From the IMG/VR virus record IMGVR_UViG_3300009678_000003: a stretch of DNA of 20,000 bases. One strand, given 5' to 3'. Below, piece by piece: positions 1-8,830 of this stretch. The translations under genes and the position numbers were made by a program. A model generated the notes under the pieces. That model made no database searches. It saw only the letters and a program-made list of their open reading frames with translations, and was not told the DNA's origin. Origin of the DNA: an uncultured virus (IMG/VR IMGVR_UViG_3300009678_000003). Its lineage: Duplodnaviria > Heunggongvirae > Uroviricota > Caudoviricetes. Each line of letters opens with the position of its first letter. The first letter of the stretch is position 1.

Positions 1-2
1 CG

Positions 3-731
3 ACACTGGTTCAGGAAGGGCAGGAATTTGTACTCAAGCAAATATTCCATAAAATTCAGACTGTGACCGAGGTTCAAACGCTCGACATCACGGCAGACGC
101 CGGGACCTACAAGCTGAGCTTTGAAGGCGATGAAACAGCGTCTCTAGCCTTCAATGACAATGCGGCGGCGATTGATGCAGCCTTGGAAGCTCTTGCCAGC
201 ATCCCGGCCGGTGGCGTTGTCGTTTCTGGAACCTTCCCAAACTTCATCGTCACATTCGGAGGCTTCCTGGCAAATACCCCACTGCCTCTGATTGTGCTCT
301 CAACGAACGCTCTGACTATTGGGAGCTCGGCTGGAAGCATTGCGATTACCAGGACGGCAACCGGAGCAGGTAGCGTCCCGCAATACTACTGGGTCGGGCT
401 GTCGCAGTCTCTACGGGCAACGCTCACAGAAGCGGTAACGCTGGCTTCTATCAACGAAGTCACTGGCACGGGATACGCGCGCGTAAAAGTCCGGGCTGAC
501 TCGACGGATTGGGTTGCGGCGCTCATTGGAGGTTTCTGGCAGGGAACATCAAAGACACTCGCATTTTCCGCAACCGGCACTTGGTCCATTGCGCGTTCGC
601 TGTTCCTGGCAACGACCCAAAACAACGATGGAAAAATAATCGACGTTCGTGATCTGGCGTCTGAATTCACCCTAACAACCGGCCAGAGCCGTAGCTTTAA
701 CCTCACGGAAATGTTTGCAGCGGCGGCTTGA
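3..731 (+). CDS. Phage tail/virion structural protein, 5'-truncated by the window edge
   Basis: The frame is open from position 3 (TLVQEGQEFVLKQIFHKIQTV-TEVQTL...), so the true start lies upstream of the window. The motifs YYWVGL, EVTGTGYARV and TSKTLAFSATGTW resemble small phage tail proteins. It sits in a tail-gene context. Confidence 0.65.
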   Translation, partial: TLVQEGQEFVLKQIFHKIQTVTEVQTLDITADAGTYKLSFEGDETASLAFNDNAAAIDAALEALASIPAGGVVVSGTFPNFIVTFGGFLANTPLPLIVLSTNALTIGSSAGSIAITRTATGAGSVPQYYWVGLSQSLRATLTEAVTLASINEVTGTGYARVKVRADSTDWVAALIGGFWQGTSKTLAFSATGTWSIARSLFLATTQNNDGKIIDVRDLASEFTLTTGQSRSFNLTEMFAAAA

Positions 732-737
732 GCATCC

Positions 738-1463
738 ATGCCCGATGAATCTGTATCCGGCAAGATTTGTATAGTCGGGAATCACAATACTCCGGTTGGG
801 AAGTTCTGCATCGTTGGAACGACTTCTCCCGTTCTTGACCCGCAAGACGGCAAGGTCTGCATCGTTGGAGAGCTCCAGCAACACGATTACTTCGGCAAGA
901 TCACGATTGTTGGGCAGGTCCACCAGAGCAGCGTTGACGGCAAGATCTGCATCAAGGGAGAAATACACCAGAGCAGCGTTGACGGCAAGATCTGCATCGT
1001 TAGTGTCGTTCGAGAGTTATCACAGCCGGTAGGCCCTCACCCGATCGGCTCATCAACCCCAGCAGGCGTCCTGCCTCAAACCGGCTCGGCTATCTTCACA
1101 AGTTGGCAAGAAACCACAGCCAAAGAGATCCTGGCGCATCGACACTGGGATGTTCACGAAACCGGGCGTCTAAACTTTGCCGCCGACCGCAAGGGTTGGC
1201 GTCTAGAGATGAATGTTACTGGAACCAAGCAGGCTGAGGTTGCAGCGTTCTTCGTCAGCCACGTCTGGGCAGGGAAGAGCTTCTACTTTTATGATCTTCA
1301 GGCGAACGGCTTTCAGTACGACGGAACTGGAGTCTTGTTGACTGGACGCTACAAGGTCCGCTTCGTTGACGAAAATTTCCCGCGCTACCAAATCAGCTCA
1401 GCCAGCGGCGCAAGTGCTGGAGGACGGTTTACGATTCCATTCTCGATTATTGAAGTGGATTAG
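738..1463 (+). CDS. Tail protein with N-terminal GK(I/F/V)CIVG repeats and a C-terminal DUF2460/distal-tail-like domain
   Basis: Six GKxCIVG-like repeats in aa 8-88. The C-terminal segment 'VAAFFVSH..GKSFYFYD...TGRYKVRF...FSIIEV' parallels the N-terminal domain of the 1964 ORF ('PFWEAH...FYFYDP...VGRYVVRF...VELIEV'). Confidence 0.65.
   Translation: MPDESVSGKICIVGNHNTPVGKFCIVGTTSPVLDPQDGKVCIVGELQQHDYFGKITIVGQVHQSSVDGKICIKGEIHQSSVDGKICIVSVVRELSQPVGPHPIGSSTPAGVLPQTGSAIFTSWQETTAKEILAHRHWDVHETGRLNFAADRKGWRLEMNVTGTKQAEVAAFFVSHVWAGKSFYFYDLQANGFQYDGTGVLLTGRYKVRFVDENFPRYQISSASGASAGGRFTIPFSIIEVD
921..998 (+). repeat. Exact 33-bp direct repeat, 45-bp period, within the coding repeats
   Basis: CACCAGAGCAGCGTTGACGGCAAGATCTGCATC occurs at 921-953 and 966-998. 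Confidence 0.95.
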
Positions 1464-1695
1464 CTTTAGCTCTACGACGAACGAGGCGGTGATACTTGCG
1501 ACGGATACGTTTAGGCTCTTTCTCGCGGGCCGCTTCGGCCTCTTGTTCCAAAGATATAAGCTTTGCTTCCGCAGGGGAGATAGCGAACCTGCGAAGGATC
1601 GACTTAACTAACATCTCCTGGTACTGATTCATCAACGCTGCTTCATCCATAGCGGGCGGTTCACGATTCCGTTTTCGATTATCGAAGTTGATTGA
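1422..1695 (+). repeat. Diverged duplication of the gene 3' end (1422-1463 and 1654-1695)
   Basis: Both copies translate to GRFTIPFSIIEVD-stop. 34/42 nt are identical and all differences are synonymous, including TAG versus TGA. Confidence 0.9.
1447..1650 (-). CDS. Small basic hypothetical protein (moron-like), 67 aa from MDEAALMNQ
   Basis: Internal ATG at 1650 within the 1447..1740 ORF. It lies between the two copies of the duplicated gene end. Confidence 0.45.
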   Translation of the reverse strand: MDEAALMNQYQEMLVKSILRRFAISPAEAKLISLEQEAEAAREKEPKRIRRKYHRLVRRRAKANPLQ

Positions 1696-1697
1696 TT

Positions 1698-1946
1698 TTA
1701 TCGAAGCGAAGTTCTGCTTAGATCGAATCCTTCCGGCCACTTAATCACATGGGTTTCGACGTGAGTTTCTGGCACGCGGCTCGATGCGTGAACAGGATAG
1801 GTGACGCGGCGATTTGCAGAATAGGTAACGACCACAGCCTTGATGGGAAAAGGCATGAGATTGAATATGGACGGCGCCGCTTCGGATGGGAAAGCCATGA
1901 CAGCAGGAACGACAATAGCAGCTCTGAGAAAATCACGTCGATTCAT
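1698..1946 (-). CDS. Small protein with a twin-arginine (Tat)-like N-terminus, 82 aa
   Basis: ATG at 1946 gives MNRRDFLRAAIVVPAVMAFPSEA, i.e. RRxFL, a hydrophobic stretch and an SEA-type cleavage-like site. Confidence 0.55.
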   Translation of the reverse strand: MNRRDFLRAAIVVPAVMAFPSEAAPSIFNLMPFPIKAVVVTYSANRRVTYPVHASSRVPETHVETHVIKWPEGFDLSRTSLR

Positions 1947-1963
1947 ACCGCGCATTCTAATTA

Positions 1964-4900
1964 ATGCCTGACCTTTTCGGCAACTTAATTTCGGTCCCAG
2001 ATCCGACAATCTCAGGCGTCTACCCTATAGCCCTGGAACCCACGGTCGAACGTTCTTCTGGCGCTGAGTACGTTGTCCATAAAATCGGGTTGAAGAAAGA
2101 ACAGCGCATCCTCAAGCGCAAGGGCGGCAACCGCTGGCGGCTTCGACATACATTCCTCACCCAGGCCGATCTTGACAACACGCTCAAGCCATTCTGGGAA
2201 GCGCATCGCAGCCCGCGGGATCTGTTCTACTTTTACGATCCATTCGAGCAGCCCTGCCCAGACGATACTGGCGCGGAAACGGTTGGCCGCTATGTCGTTC
2301 GGTTCCTAACGACCGAGCTGGAAACGACCTACCTTCGGGACGGCGCCGCTGAGGTTCAAGTTGAGCTGATTGAGGTCAACACCTCAACGGTTGCTGAATT
2401 TGTTGGCGTCGGTTGGCAGTATTACAACTGGCGGCATCCTGGCGAGGCACTACCCAATTATGCTCAGGCAGAAATAACCAGCAACGTCGGTCTTGTCCAC
2501 TTCTGCAAGATCCATCCGGCAGAGAATACGCTTACAACGCAGGCGATCAAGGTATCAGACCGCCGGGTTGAGTTGCTTCAAACCTCTGGACCAAACCCAA
2601 TGGCGCGATCAGGAACCTACCTTCCGCGCCTGCTTGCCTGGGACATTCAACAGGAAATCGGCTCGGGCGATCAAGCGTCATTTGTCTTTGACGATGCCGA
2701 TGGCGTTTGGCGCGCCTATTCGGAACAGATTGACCTTTATCGTGCCGACTTTGATTTCACGACCTATATCACTCCAGGCTCGCATCTCGGCCAACTCTGG
2801 CGCGGCTATGTAGTCGATTGGGAATGGGATCAGAAGCAGGGCACCTTCACCTTGCAATGTGAAGGCGGCATCCAGCAGTTGCAACAGCAGTTTCCTAAGC
2901 GGCTCGTTTCGACTACCTGCCCGCTCCGATTCAACGATGGCGGCGAGTGTCCATATGATGCGCAGGGCTCGGGCGGTGATCCTGGTAGCTGCGATAAGAG
3001 TTTAGACGGACTCAACGGATGCGCAGCCCACGGGATGACGAACTACTTTCAGGGCGTCGTCATCAAGCCGCAAGAGGTCTCCGGGAAGCTCAACAATACT
3101 GGATTCTCAGGCCTCTTCAAGAAAAGCTATACCTCGACATCTACGCCATTCAAAACCGTCTATGGCAAGCCGATCCCGATTGTTTATGGCGCGGGCCGCC
3201 AGATTGTTGAGGCAGAAATCTTTGAGACGCGCGATGAATCGGAGTTCTTTGTAGCCAGCAGCATTCTATCCGAGGGCCCGGTTGTAGAAGTTGGGCAAGT
3301 TCTTTTGGACGGAATGACGCAGCACTTCGGCTTTAATCCGGTCGTAGCGCTTGGCGCATTGGGGCAGGACGTTGGAACGATCATCGACCCGGATTTCAGA
3401 AGCTCCAGGACAGCGTTCGTCAGCATCCGCCGCACCGATCTCGTTGGCCTGCAGAGTTCAACTGAACCCCATCAGATTCTCGTCGAGGTTCTGAACGGCG
3501 CGAAGGTGCTGGCTTTCTGGTGGTGGACTGGACCCTTTACCAACTTTGGGGAGTTTGTCAGTTCCAACCCGATTCAGATTGCAGTCGATATTGCGCTCCG
3601 TGCCGCTGGGTTGCGCTTTCCTCCTTATTACCTGACGTCAGATTGGATCAAGGATAACTTCCTAGATCTCAACACCTACCTGGATGCCGTAAACTACTGC
3701 TCCGTAGCAGTTCCGGTATTAGTAGGCACTGGAACGGAACCGCGCTTCGAGTTTCGCGGCACGATCCGCGAACCCAAGCCGGCAATCGATCATATCCGGG
3801 ACGTGCTGGCGCAGGCGGCTTGCGATCTAGTCTTCAGCTTCGGGCAGATATCGCCGAAGGTACGTAGGGATGATATTACGACTCCACGGCCCTGGCGGCT
3901 CACCTTCGAACAGAATCAAAATATTGTCGACGGTAGTTTCCGCAGTCAGCGTCTCGTTCCGAGCTTCAATCACCTGACGCTGGTTTACAGCGATATCGAT
4001 TACGACTTTGCCGAGCGCGACATTAGTCTGTATGACGAAGAGGCTCAGTTGCGCGCCGGCATGTTTGATATCTATGGCGCGCTGACGACCAATAAGCACC
4101 AGCCGCTCGTATTAAAGCAGCAACGCACATTGAGCGGCGGATTCAAGGCATCTCAAGTCATACGCCTTGGCACACAACTACTCGCCGAAGAATTGGGTGG
4201 AGAAATTGGGAATGCCGATGAACAGCGCAAGGCTAGAACGGTAAGCCTTACGGCGCCGCTGATTGGCCTTGGCGTCGAGATTGGAGATGTTTCAAGCGTC
4301 ATCCATGACGAATTGCCAGACGGTCAGGCCTATGTACGCTGGCAGTCCTGGCGCTATTCCAGTGACCTGACCGTTGAATTGAAGGGGCGTACCGTCACCG
4401 CCTCTATGTATGCTTCGCCGAGTCCGCAGGCATATTCACCGACGACAGGTGATCCTGTTCTAGGTATTCCAGGCGGCTCGCAGGGAACGGATGGCACCGA
4501 GAACGCGCCGGAGGCGCTAGAGCCTCCCGTTCTGACGCAACTCAGCATCAACCACAGAACGGCGCAGGTAGGAGCGAGTTGCCAACTCTTTCACCCGCTA
4601 GATCCTCCGGTAGCCCCTGCTCCTAGCGATCCACCGGTGACACCTACACCGATTGATCCGATTCAGCCGTTGCCGCCGCCACCACCTCCACCTCCTCCGG
4701 TTCCGCCAGCGCCGCCTGCTCCTAGCGGGCCGCCTCCTGTTCCACCGGTAGTTGTAGGGGGAACGACTTATTTTGCTTCATTGGCTTCGGGTGCTTCAGA
4801 CGCAAACACTGGAACTCAGCTCTTCCCGTTCCGGACGGTCCAGAAGCTAATGTCTGTGCTAAGGCCCGGTGACTTGGGCTATTTGCGTGGCGGTGCCTGG

Positions 4901-5866
4901 GGCGAGCGCATCCGGAATGACCGCTATGCAATCCCGTCCGGCACGTCCTGGTCAAGTCCTATCACAGTTGCCGGATTCAACTCTGAGACGGTCACCATAC
5001 GTAACATTGGCCTTACGAGCAGCTCGATTCAGTATCTGATCTTCCAGGACATGACCGCGGATGGAAACGACAGTGAACAAGAATCGATCTATCTGCACCT
5101 AGCACACCATTGCCGATTCCTGCGGGTGAAGGTTACGCGGGCGTGGTCGCATGGGATCTTGATCCCGCATGGAAGCGATCACCACCACGAGTTTCTGCAA
5201 TGTGAGATTTTGAACAACGGCCTCTTTAGACCTCCAGACGATCCGCGCCGTACCTATGGTTGCTACATATCTGGCTCAGACATCCTTTTCGATGGCTGCT
5301 CGATTCACGACAACGATGCGCATGGCTATCACGGCTTCAACGGATATGGAGGAACGGACAAAGCCAACCGCCAAATAATTCGATACTGCCGTTTCTATCG
5401 AAACGGGATCACGCGCGCCGCAAATCTAGCCTATGCTGGCCTACTCATCGGTAGTGGTGATGGAACTGTGGCCCACCACAACTTGATTTATGACAATCGT
5501 GGAGGCCTGTGGATCGGGTTCCAGAACCCAACCAACTGTGCGGCCTACTTCAACACGATCTTTAGAAATGGTGGGGCGGTCGGTCTCGATGTCGGAAATG
5601 GATCGGTTGGCGCCATCGTGCGCAACAACATCAGCTATGGGAACACTGGGGCACAATCAAATATGGGAGGCTCTGGAACTATTCAAGATCACAATTTAAT
5701 CGGAATAAACCCGTTCTTTGTTTCGACTGGCAGCACTCCGGATCTACATCTACAGGCAGGCTCGCCAGCCTTGAATGCAGGCGTGGCTGTATCTGGCCTG
5801 ACTCTTGATTTCGACGGAGTAACACGGGGAAATCCTCCAGAAATTGGAGCGTACGAAAAGATTTGA
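1964..5866 (+). CDS. Multidomain tail hub/tip protein: Dit-like domain, 4-Cys gpL-like hub, gpJ-like tail domain, Pro-rich linker and right-handed beta-helix
   Basis: 1300 aa. Contains the Cys cluster CPLRFNDGGECPY...CDKSLDGLNGC and the motif YGKPIPIVYG typical of tail-tip proteins. A polyproline tract lies at about 4595-4750. The C-terminus has GxDxNxGT..PFRTVQK, parallel beta-helix repeats and DLHLQAGSPALNAG...IGAYE. Confidence 0.85.
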   Translation: MPDLFGNLISVPDPTISGVYPIALEPTVERSSGAEYVVHKIGLKKEQRILKRKGGNRWRLRHTFLTQADLDNTLKPFWEAHRSPRDLFYFYDPFEQPCPDDTGAETVGRYVVRFLTTELETTYLRDGAAEVQVELIEVNTSTVAEFVGVGWQYYNWRHPGEALPNYAQAEITSNVGLVHFCKIHPAENTLTTQAIKVSDRRVELLQTSGPNPMARSGTYLPRLLAWDIQQEIGSGDQASFVFDDADGVWRAYSEQIDLYRADFDFTTYITPGSHLGQLWRGYVVDWEWDQKQGTFTLQCEGGIQQLQQQFPKRLVSTTCPLRFNDGGECPYDAQGSGGDPGSCDKSLDGLNGCAAHGMTNYFQGVVIKPQEVSGKLNNTGFSGLFKKSYTSTSTPFKTVYGKPIPIVYGAGRQIVEAEIFETRDESEFFVASSILSEGPVVEVGQVLLDGMTQHFGFNPVVALGALGQDVGTIIDPDFRSSRTAFVSIRRTDLVGLQSSTEPHQILVEVLNGAKVLAFWWWTGPFTNFGEFVSSNPIQIAVDIALRAAGLRFPPYYLTSDWIKDNFLDLNTYLDAVNYCSVAVPVLVGTGTEPRFEFRGTIREPKPAIDHIRDVLAQAACDLVFSFGQISPKVRRDDITTPRPWRLTFEQNQNIVDGSFRSQRLVPSFNHLTLVYSDIDYDFAERDISLYDEEAQLRAGMFDIYGALTTNKHQPLVLKQQRTLSGGFKASQVIRLGTQLLAEELGGEIGNADEQRKARTVSLTAPLIGLGVEIGDVSSVIHDELPDGQAYVRWQSWRYSSDLTVELKGRTVTASMYASPSPQAYSPTTGDPVLGIPGGSQGTDGTENAPEALEPPVLTQLSINHRTAQVGASCQLFHPLDPPVAPAPSDPPVTPTPIDPIQPLPPPPPPPPPVPPAPPAPSGPPPVPPVVVGGTTYFASLASGASDANTGTQLFPFRTVQKLMSVLRPGDLGYLRGGAWGERIRNDRYAIPSGTSWSSPITVAGFNSETVTIRNIGLTSSSIQYLIFQDMTADGNDSEQESIYLHLAHHCRFLRVKVTRAWSHGILIPHGSDHHHEFLQCEILNNGLFRPPDDPRRTYGCYISGSDILFDGCSIHDNDAHGYHGFNGYGGTDKANRQIIRYCRFYRNGITRAANLAYAGLLIGSGDGTVAHHNLIYDNRGGLWIGFQNPTNCAAYFNTIFRNGGAVGLDVGNGSVGAIVRNNISYGNTGAQSNMGGSGTIQDHNLIGINPFFVSTGSTPDLHLQAGSPALNAGVAVSGLTLDFDGVTRGNPPEIGAYEKI

Positions 5867-5867
5867 A

Positions 5868-7802
5868 ATGCCCTGTCCTCCAGAGCTAGTCAATTACCTC
5901 ATCGTTCAAATCGCCAACGACGATACCTTTGCAGTCGTTGACGAAAGAATCTTTCCGGCAGCGCTCACGGATTTTCCCGTCGATGGTACAGCTGGCACAA
6001 GCCGCTGGGTGCGCTCTAAGTGGCGGCGGACGACTGACCCGCTCGAAGAAAGCGGCTGGTCGAATGTATTGCAGCTCGATTTCCCAAGGATACAGGCATA
6101 CGAAATTGAATCGCTGCCTGACCCTGCCGGACTCTCTTACCCGCTTGTACCAGTCATCAGTTGCGTACTGGGCTGGAGCGAGTTCATTGAGTTGGTTCTC
6201 ATCGCGAATCAAGCAGGCGAGGGCTGCGTCGTTGGCTACGGAGTTGGACTAGCTGCGACTGGACGCTCCTGGATCGACATTACAAACACGTCGACCGATC
6301 CTGCGGTCCGCATTGTCGATGCTGCCCTCATCATCGGAGAGCCTGGCGCAATCGTAGATTGTCACGGCGATAAGACAATTGCAGCTGGCTGGCATCCTGG
6401 CGATGACTTTCTCGCGGCCAGTTCGATGCCATCGCCCGTATCGAATTACGCACCTTACTTGGCAACGCCTCCGGTGGCCGATATCTCCGGTCCAAGTGGG
6501 GTGATCAAATACTACGGCACCCCTGTCACTCCACCTGCAGGCGTGGTATTTGGGAATCCCGATTTCTTCTGCCTGTCGCAGCGCTGCCCCGAGGCTGGCG
6601 ATCCTGGCTGGAACTCAGCGTATCGGTGTATCAATGTCTTTGACGTTGCGCGCACGCCAGCGGGTTTCGATCTACCGGGAGGCGGGAACTATTTCGTCAA
6701 GGTAGATGCAGGGATTTGTCGAGCCTTCGGAATCTATCTAAGTGCTGGTCACACGATCTTCCCTCCATTCATGGGAGTATCGATCGGGACCGGGCACTAC
6801 GCCGGCTTCACTCAGGTTGGCTTTGTCTACGTCAGGTTTTCCACGGGGTTCTCCATCTTCCAGCCTGCCGTGGATATGGGGCCTCAGCTCGGTGGGATCC
6901 AACTCCTGCCGGCGACGACTCCACCGAATCTGCAACTGGATGATTTCTTTGTTTTTGCTTCGGAGACTCCCTTTGCGGCGGATTTAGGCGGGAGCCTCGG
7001 GCGCTGGGAGAACGCAGTAATCGAGAACTCGTTGCCAGCGGGCGTGAGCCTGGTAATGGTCTCGCGCTCGACAAATCATCTGGTCTCGAATCTTTCACAA
7101 GTCGCGCTCGATCCGGACGTCACCTATTACTTCCGTGTCGGCGCAAGACGCTTTCAAAACCTCGCGCAAACCCAGTTCCTCTATTCCGCAACACTCTCTG
7201 AGCAGGCCTTTGGGAAGCTTGGAAGCGCCCTGGCCTTGAATCGGGCCGTGGGTTCGGGTACGGCTGAAGGTATTGCTGCATCAGCCCACTGGAAAGCTCC
7301 TGTAGCGACTGTAGCCGATTTGCCAACGCCGGCCACGGTTGGTGACACTCGGTTAGTTCTGGATGAGCGGCTGATTTATAGCTTCGTCAATGGGCTATGG
7401 CGGCGTCCTGGCCTGCCAATTCTGCGAGTAGTGGGCGAGATCGTCTTTGGCGTTCAAACCATAGCCCTCGGCTCAAGCCGAGCCTATCGGCCCACGGTGC
7501 CCAAGGACATGCTCAATGGCGTCCTGACGGGCTGGTGCTTGCAGTGCGACACAGCAGGAAACGGCGATACCATATTCGACATCCACAAGAACGGCGTGAC
7601 GATCTTCACGAATCAGGCAAACCGGCCAAAGCTGGTGAACGCGCAAACGAAGGCGACCATGACAACCGCCGGGACAACGATTGACGTGACCTCGGTCGCG
7701 AGCGAAGACGATTTGACACTGGATATTGATGCAGTACCATCGACGGTGCCAGTGAAGGTGACGGCTATTCTCTATTTCCGGCAGGACGTGAGGGAGATTT
7801 AG
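5868..7802 (+). CDS. Tail fibre/tail-associated protein with FN3-like segments
   Basis: ATG at 5868, 1 nt after the upstream stop. FN3-like motifs (RWVRSKW...ESGWSN; LDPDVTYYFRVGA). The motifs WKAPVATVADLP...GDTRLV and DIHKNGVTIF...DLTLDID resemble phage fibre C-termini. Confidence 0.7.
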   Translation: MPCPPELVNYLIVQIANDDTFAVVDERIFPAALTDFPVDGTAGTSRWVRSKWRRTTDPLEESGWSNVLQLDFPRIQAYEIESLPDPAGLSYPLVPVISCVLGWSEFIELVLIANQAGEGCVVGYGVGLAATGRSWIDITNTSTDPAVRIVDAALIIGEPGAIVDCHGDKTIAAGWHPGDDFLAASSMPSPVSNYAPYLATPPVADISGPSGVIKYYGTPVTPPAGVVFGNPDFFCLSQRCPEAGDPGWNSAYRCINVFDVARTPAGFDLPGGGNYFVKVDAGICRAFGIYLSAGHTIFPPFMGVSIGTGHYAGFTQVGFVYVRFSTGFSIFQPAVDMGPQLGGIQLLPATTPPNLQLDDFFVFASETPFAADLGGSLGRWENAVIENSLPAGVSLVMVSRSTNHLVSNLSQVALDPDVTYYFRVGARRFQNLAQTQFLYSATLSEQAFGKLGSALALNRAVGSGTAEGIAASAHWKAPVATVADLPTPATVGDTRLVLDERLIYSFVNGLWRRPGLPILRVVGEIVFGVQTIALGSSRAYRPTVPKDMLNGVLTGWCLQCDTAGNGDTIFDIHKNGVTIFTNQANRPKLVNAQTKATMTTAGTTIDVTSVASEDDLTLDIDAVPSTVPVKVTAILYFRQDVREI

Positions 7803-8038
7803 GCGGATCCGGTGGACTTGGCTTTTGCATTCTTGCGCGGCCTCCCAGGCTTGCGTTCTTTGACTTTCTTGAGATCAGATTCCTTGATAGTCCATACGGG
7901 GCCGAAGCGAGATGCAGGAAGCCTGCCAGCTTCTATCAGAGCAACGACTCGGCGCTGAGTAACCCCGAGGCGTGCAGCGGCGTCGGCAGTTGTAAGATTG
8001 CGTCCCATCGCGCGGGCGGCTTCGGATAGTTTGGTCAT
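7799..8038 (-). CDS. Excisionase/MerR-like (HTH_17-type) DNA-binding protein
   Basis: LTTADAAARLGVTQRRVVALIEAGRLPASRFGPVWTIKESDL, followed by a basic GRPRK tail. Confidence 0.85.
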   Translation of the reverse strand: MTKLSEAARAMGRNLTTADAAARLGVTQRRVVALIEAGRLPASRFGPVWTIKESDLKKVKERKPGRPRKNAKAKSTGSA

Positions 8039-8478
8039 TAGAGGATCTCAGTCATCTTTCCAAGAAACTTTTGCTTTCGTTCGCACTCGTGCTCTAAGTC
8101 CACAATGACAAGATAGCCGCTCTTATAGACAGAGCTGTTACGTGCCATCTCTGCAACACTGCCTCCAGATTCTTGATCGGAGAAGCCAAGATGGATCTCC
8201 TCACAATCAATTGGCCACAGCCATTTTCTCCATCGAACTTCATATCGATCCAAAGATTTAATTGGGTGGAGTAAAAGCCAGTCCTTTACTCTCCGATAAA
8301 AATCTTGATCGCATGGAATAGGAAGCAGCCGTTCGACCTGAGCTATTATCATTGTCGCTAGTTGTAGTTCCAATTTGAGGTATTCAGCGTGCTCCTTCAT
8401 AGATTGGTGAGCCGATTCCCAATCAGAGATACGCGCCTCAAGCCGGACAATTTGACCAACAAGGTCGGTGTATTCCAT
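8038..8478 (-). CDS. Hypothetical protein
   Basis: 146-aa ORF with a GAGGAGG RBS upstream and a TAATG overlap with the HTH gene. Confidence 0.7.
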   Translation of the reverse strand: MEYTDLVGQIVRLEARISDWESAHQSMKEHAEYLKLELQLATMIIAQVERLLPIPCDQDFYRRVKDWLLLHPIKSLDRYEVRWRKWLWPIDCEEIHLGFSDQESGGSVAEMARNSSVYKSGYLVIVDLEHECERKQKFLGKMTEIL

Positions 8479-8505
8479 GTCTCACGCCTCCTCACAGCGA
8501 TTTGC

Positions 8506-8830
8506 TTAATCCCAATACGGTTCAGCAATCTTTGAAGGAACGCGCCCGTTGGCGCGCTCGATGTATTCTCGACGATAGGCACTGGAGGCGGCAATGCTCA
8601 CGCCCTGCTGATGGACAGATTCTAGACCGAGCAAACTAGCAAGCTCGGTTCTATCCTGCTCACTCATGTAACCGTATTCACTGGCCTTTCGTGAGGTTGG
8701 GGAATCAATCTTGATCCATCCCCAAGAGGTTCCTTTGCCGCCCCTAACGCTCCACGTCTTTCCTGATCTCTGTTTCAGGGCTGACTTAATCTCTGCGATT
8801 GCTTCGTTTCTGTCTGTTCCGTCGGTCATT
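8506..8830 (-). CDS. Hypothetical protein (start probably MTDGTDRNE; a longer leaderless form from 8967 is possible)
   Basis: Strong RBS in AAGGAGAAACAACA-ATG at about 8829. The frame is also open back to the ATG at 8967. Confidence 0.7.

Noticed and set aside
1422..1695. DGR template/variable repeat pair
   Set aside because: The mismatches are synonymous and not adenine-specific, the repeat is only 42 bp, and no reverse transcriptase is present in the window.
4595..4750. CCN-rich low-complexity DNA as a separate repeat element
   Set aside because: Fully explained as a polyproline linker in the 1964..5866 reading frame.
107..7684. Numerous short alternative-frame and antisense ORFs overlapping the tail genes
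   Set aside because: They lack RBSs and recognisable motifs and are shadows of long, coherent + strand genes.
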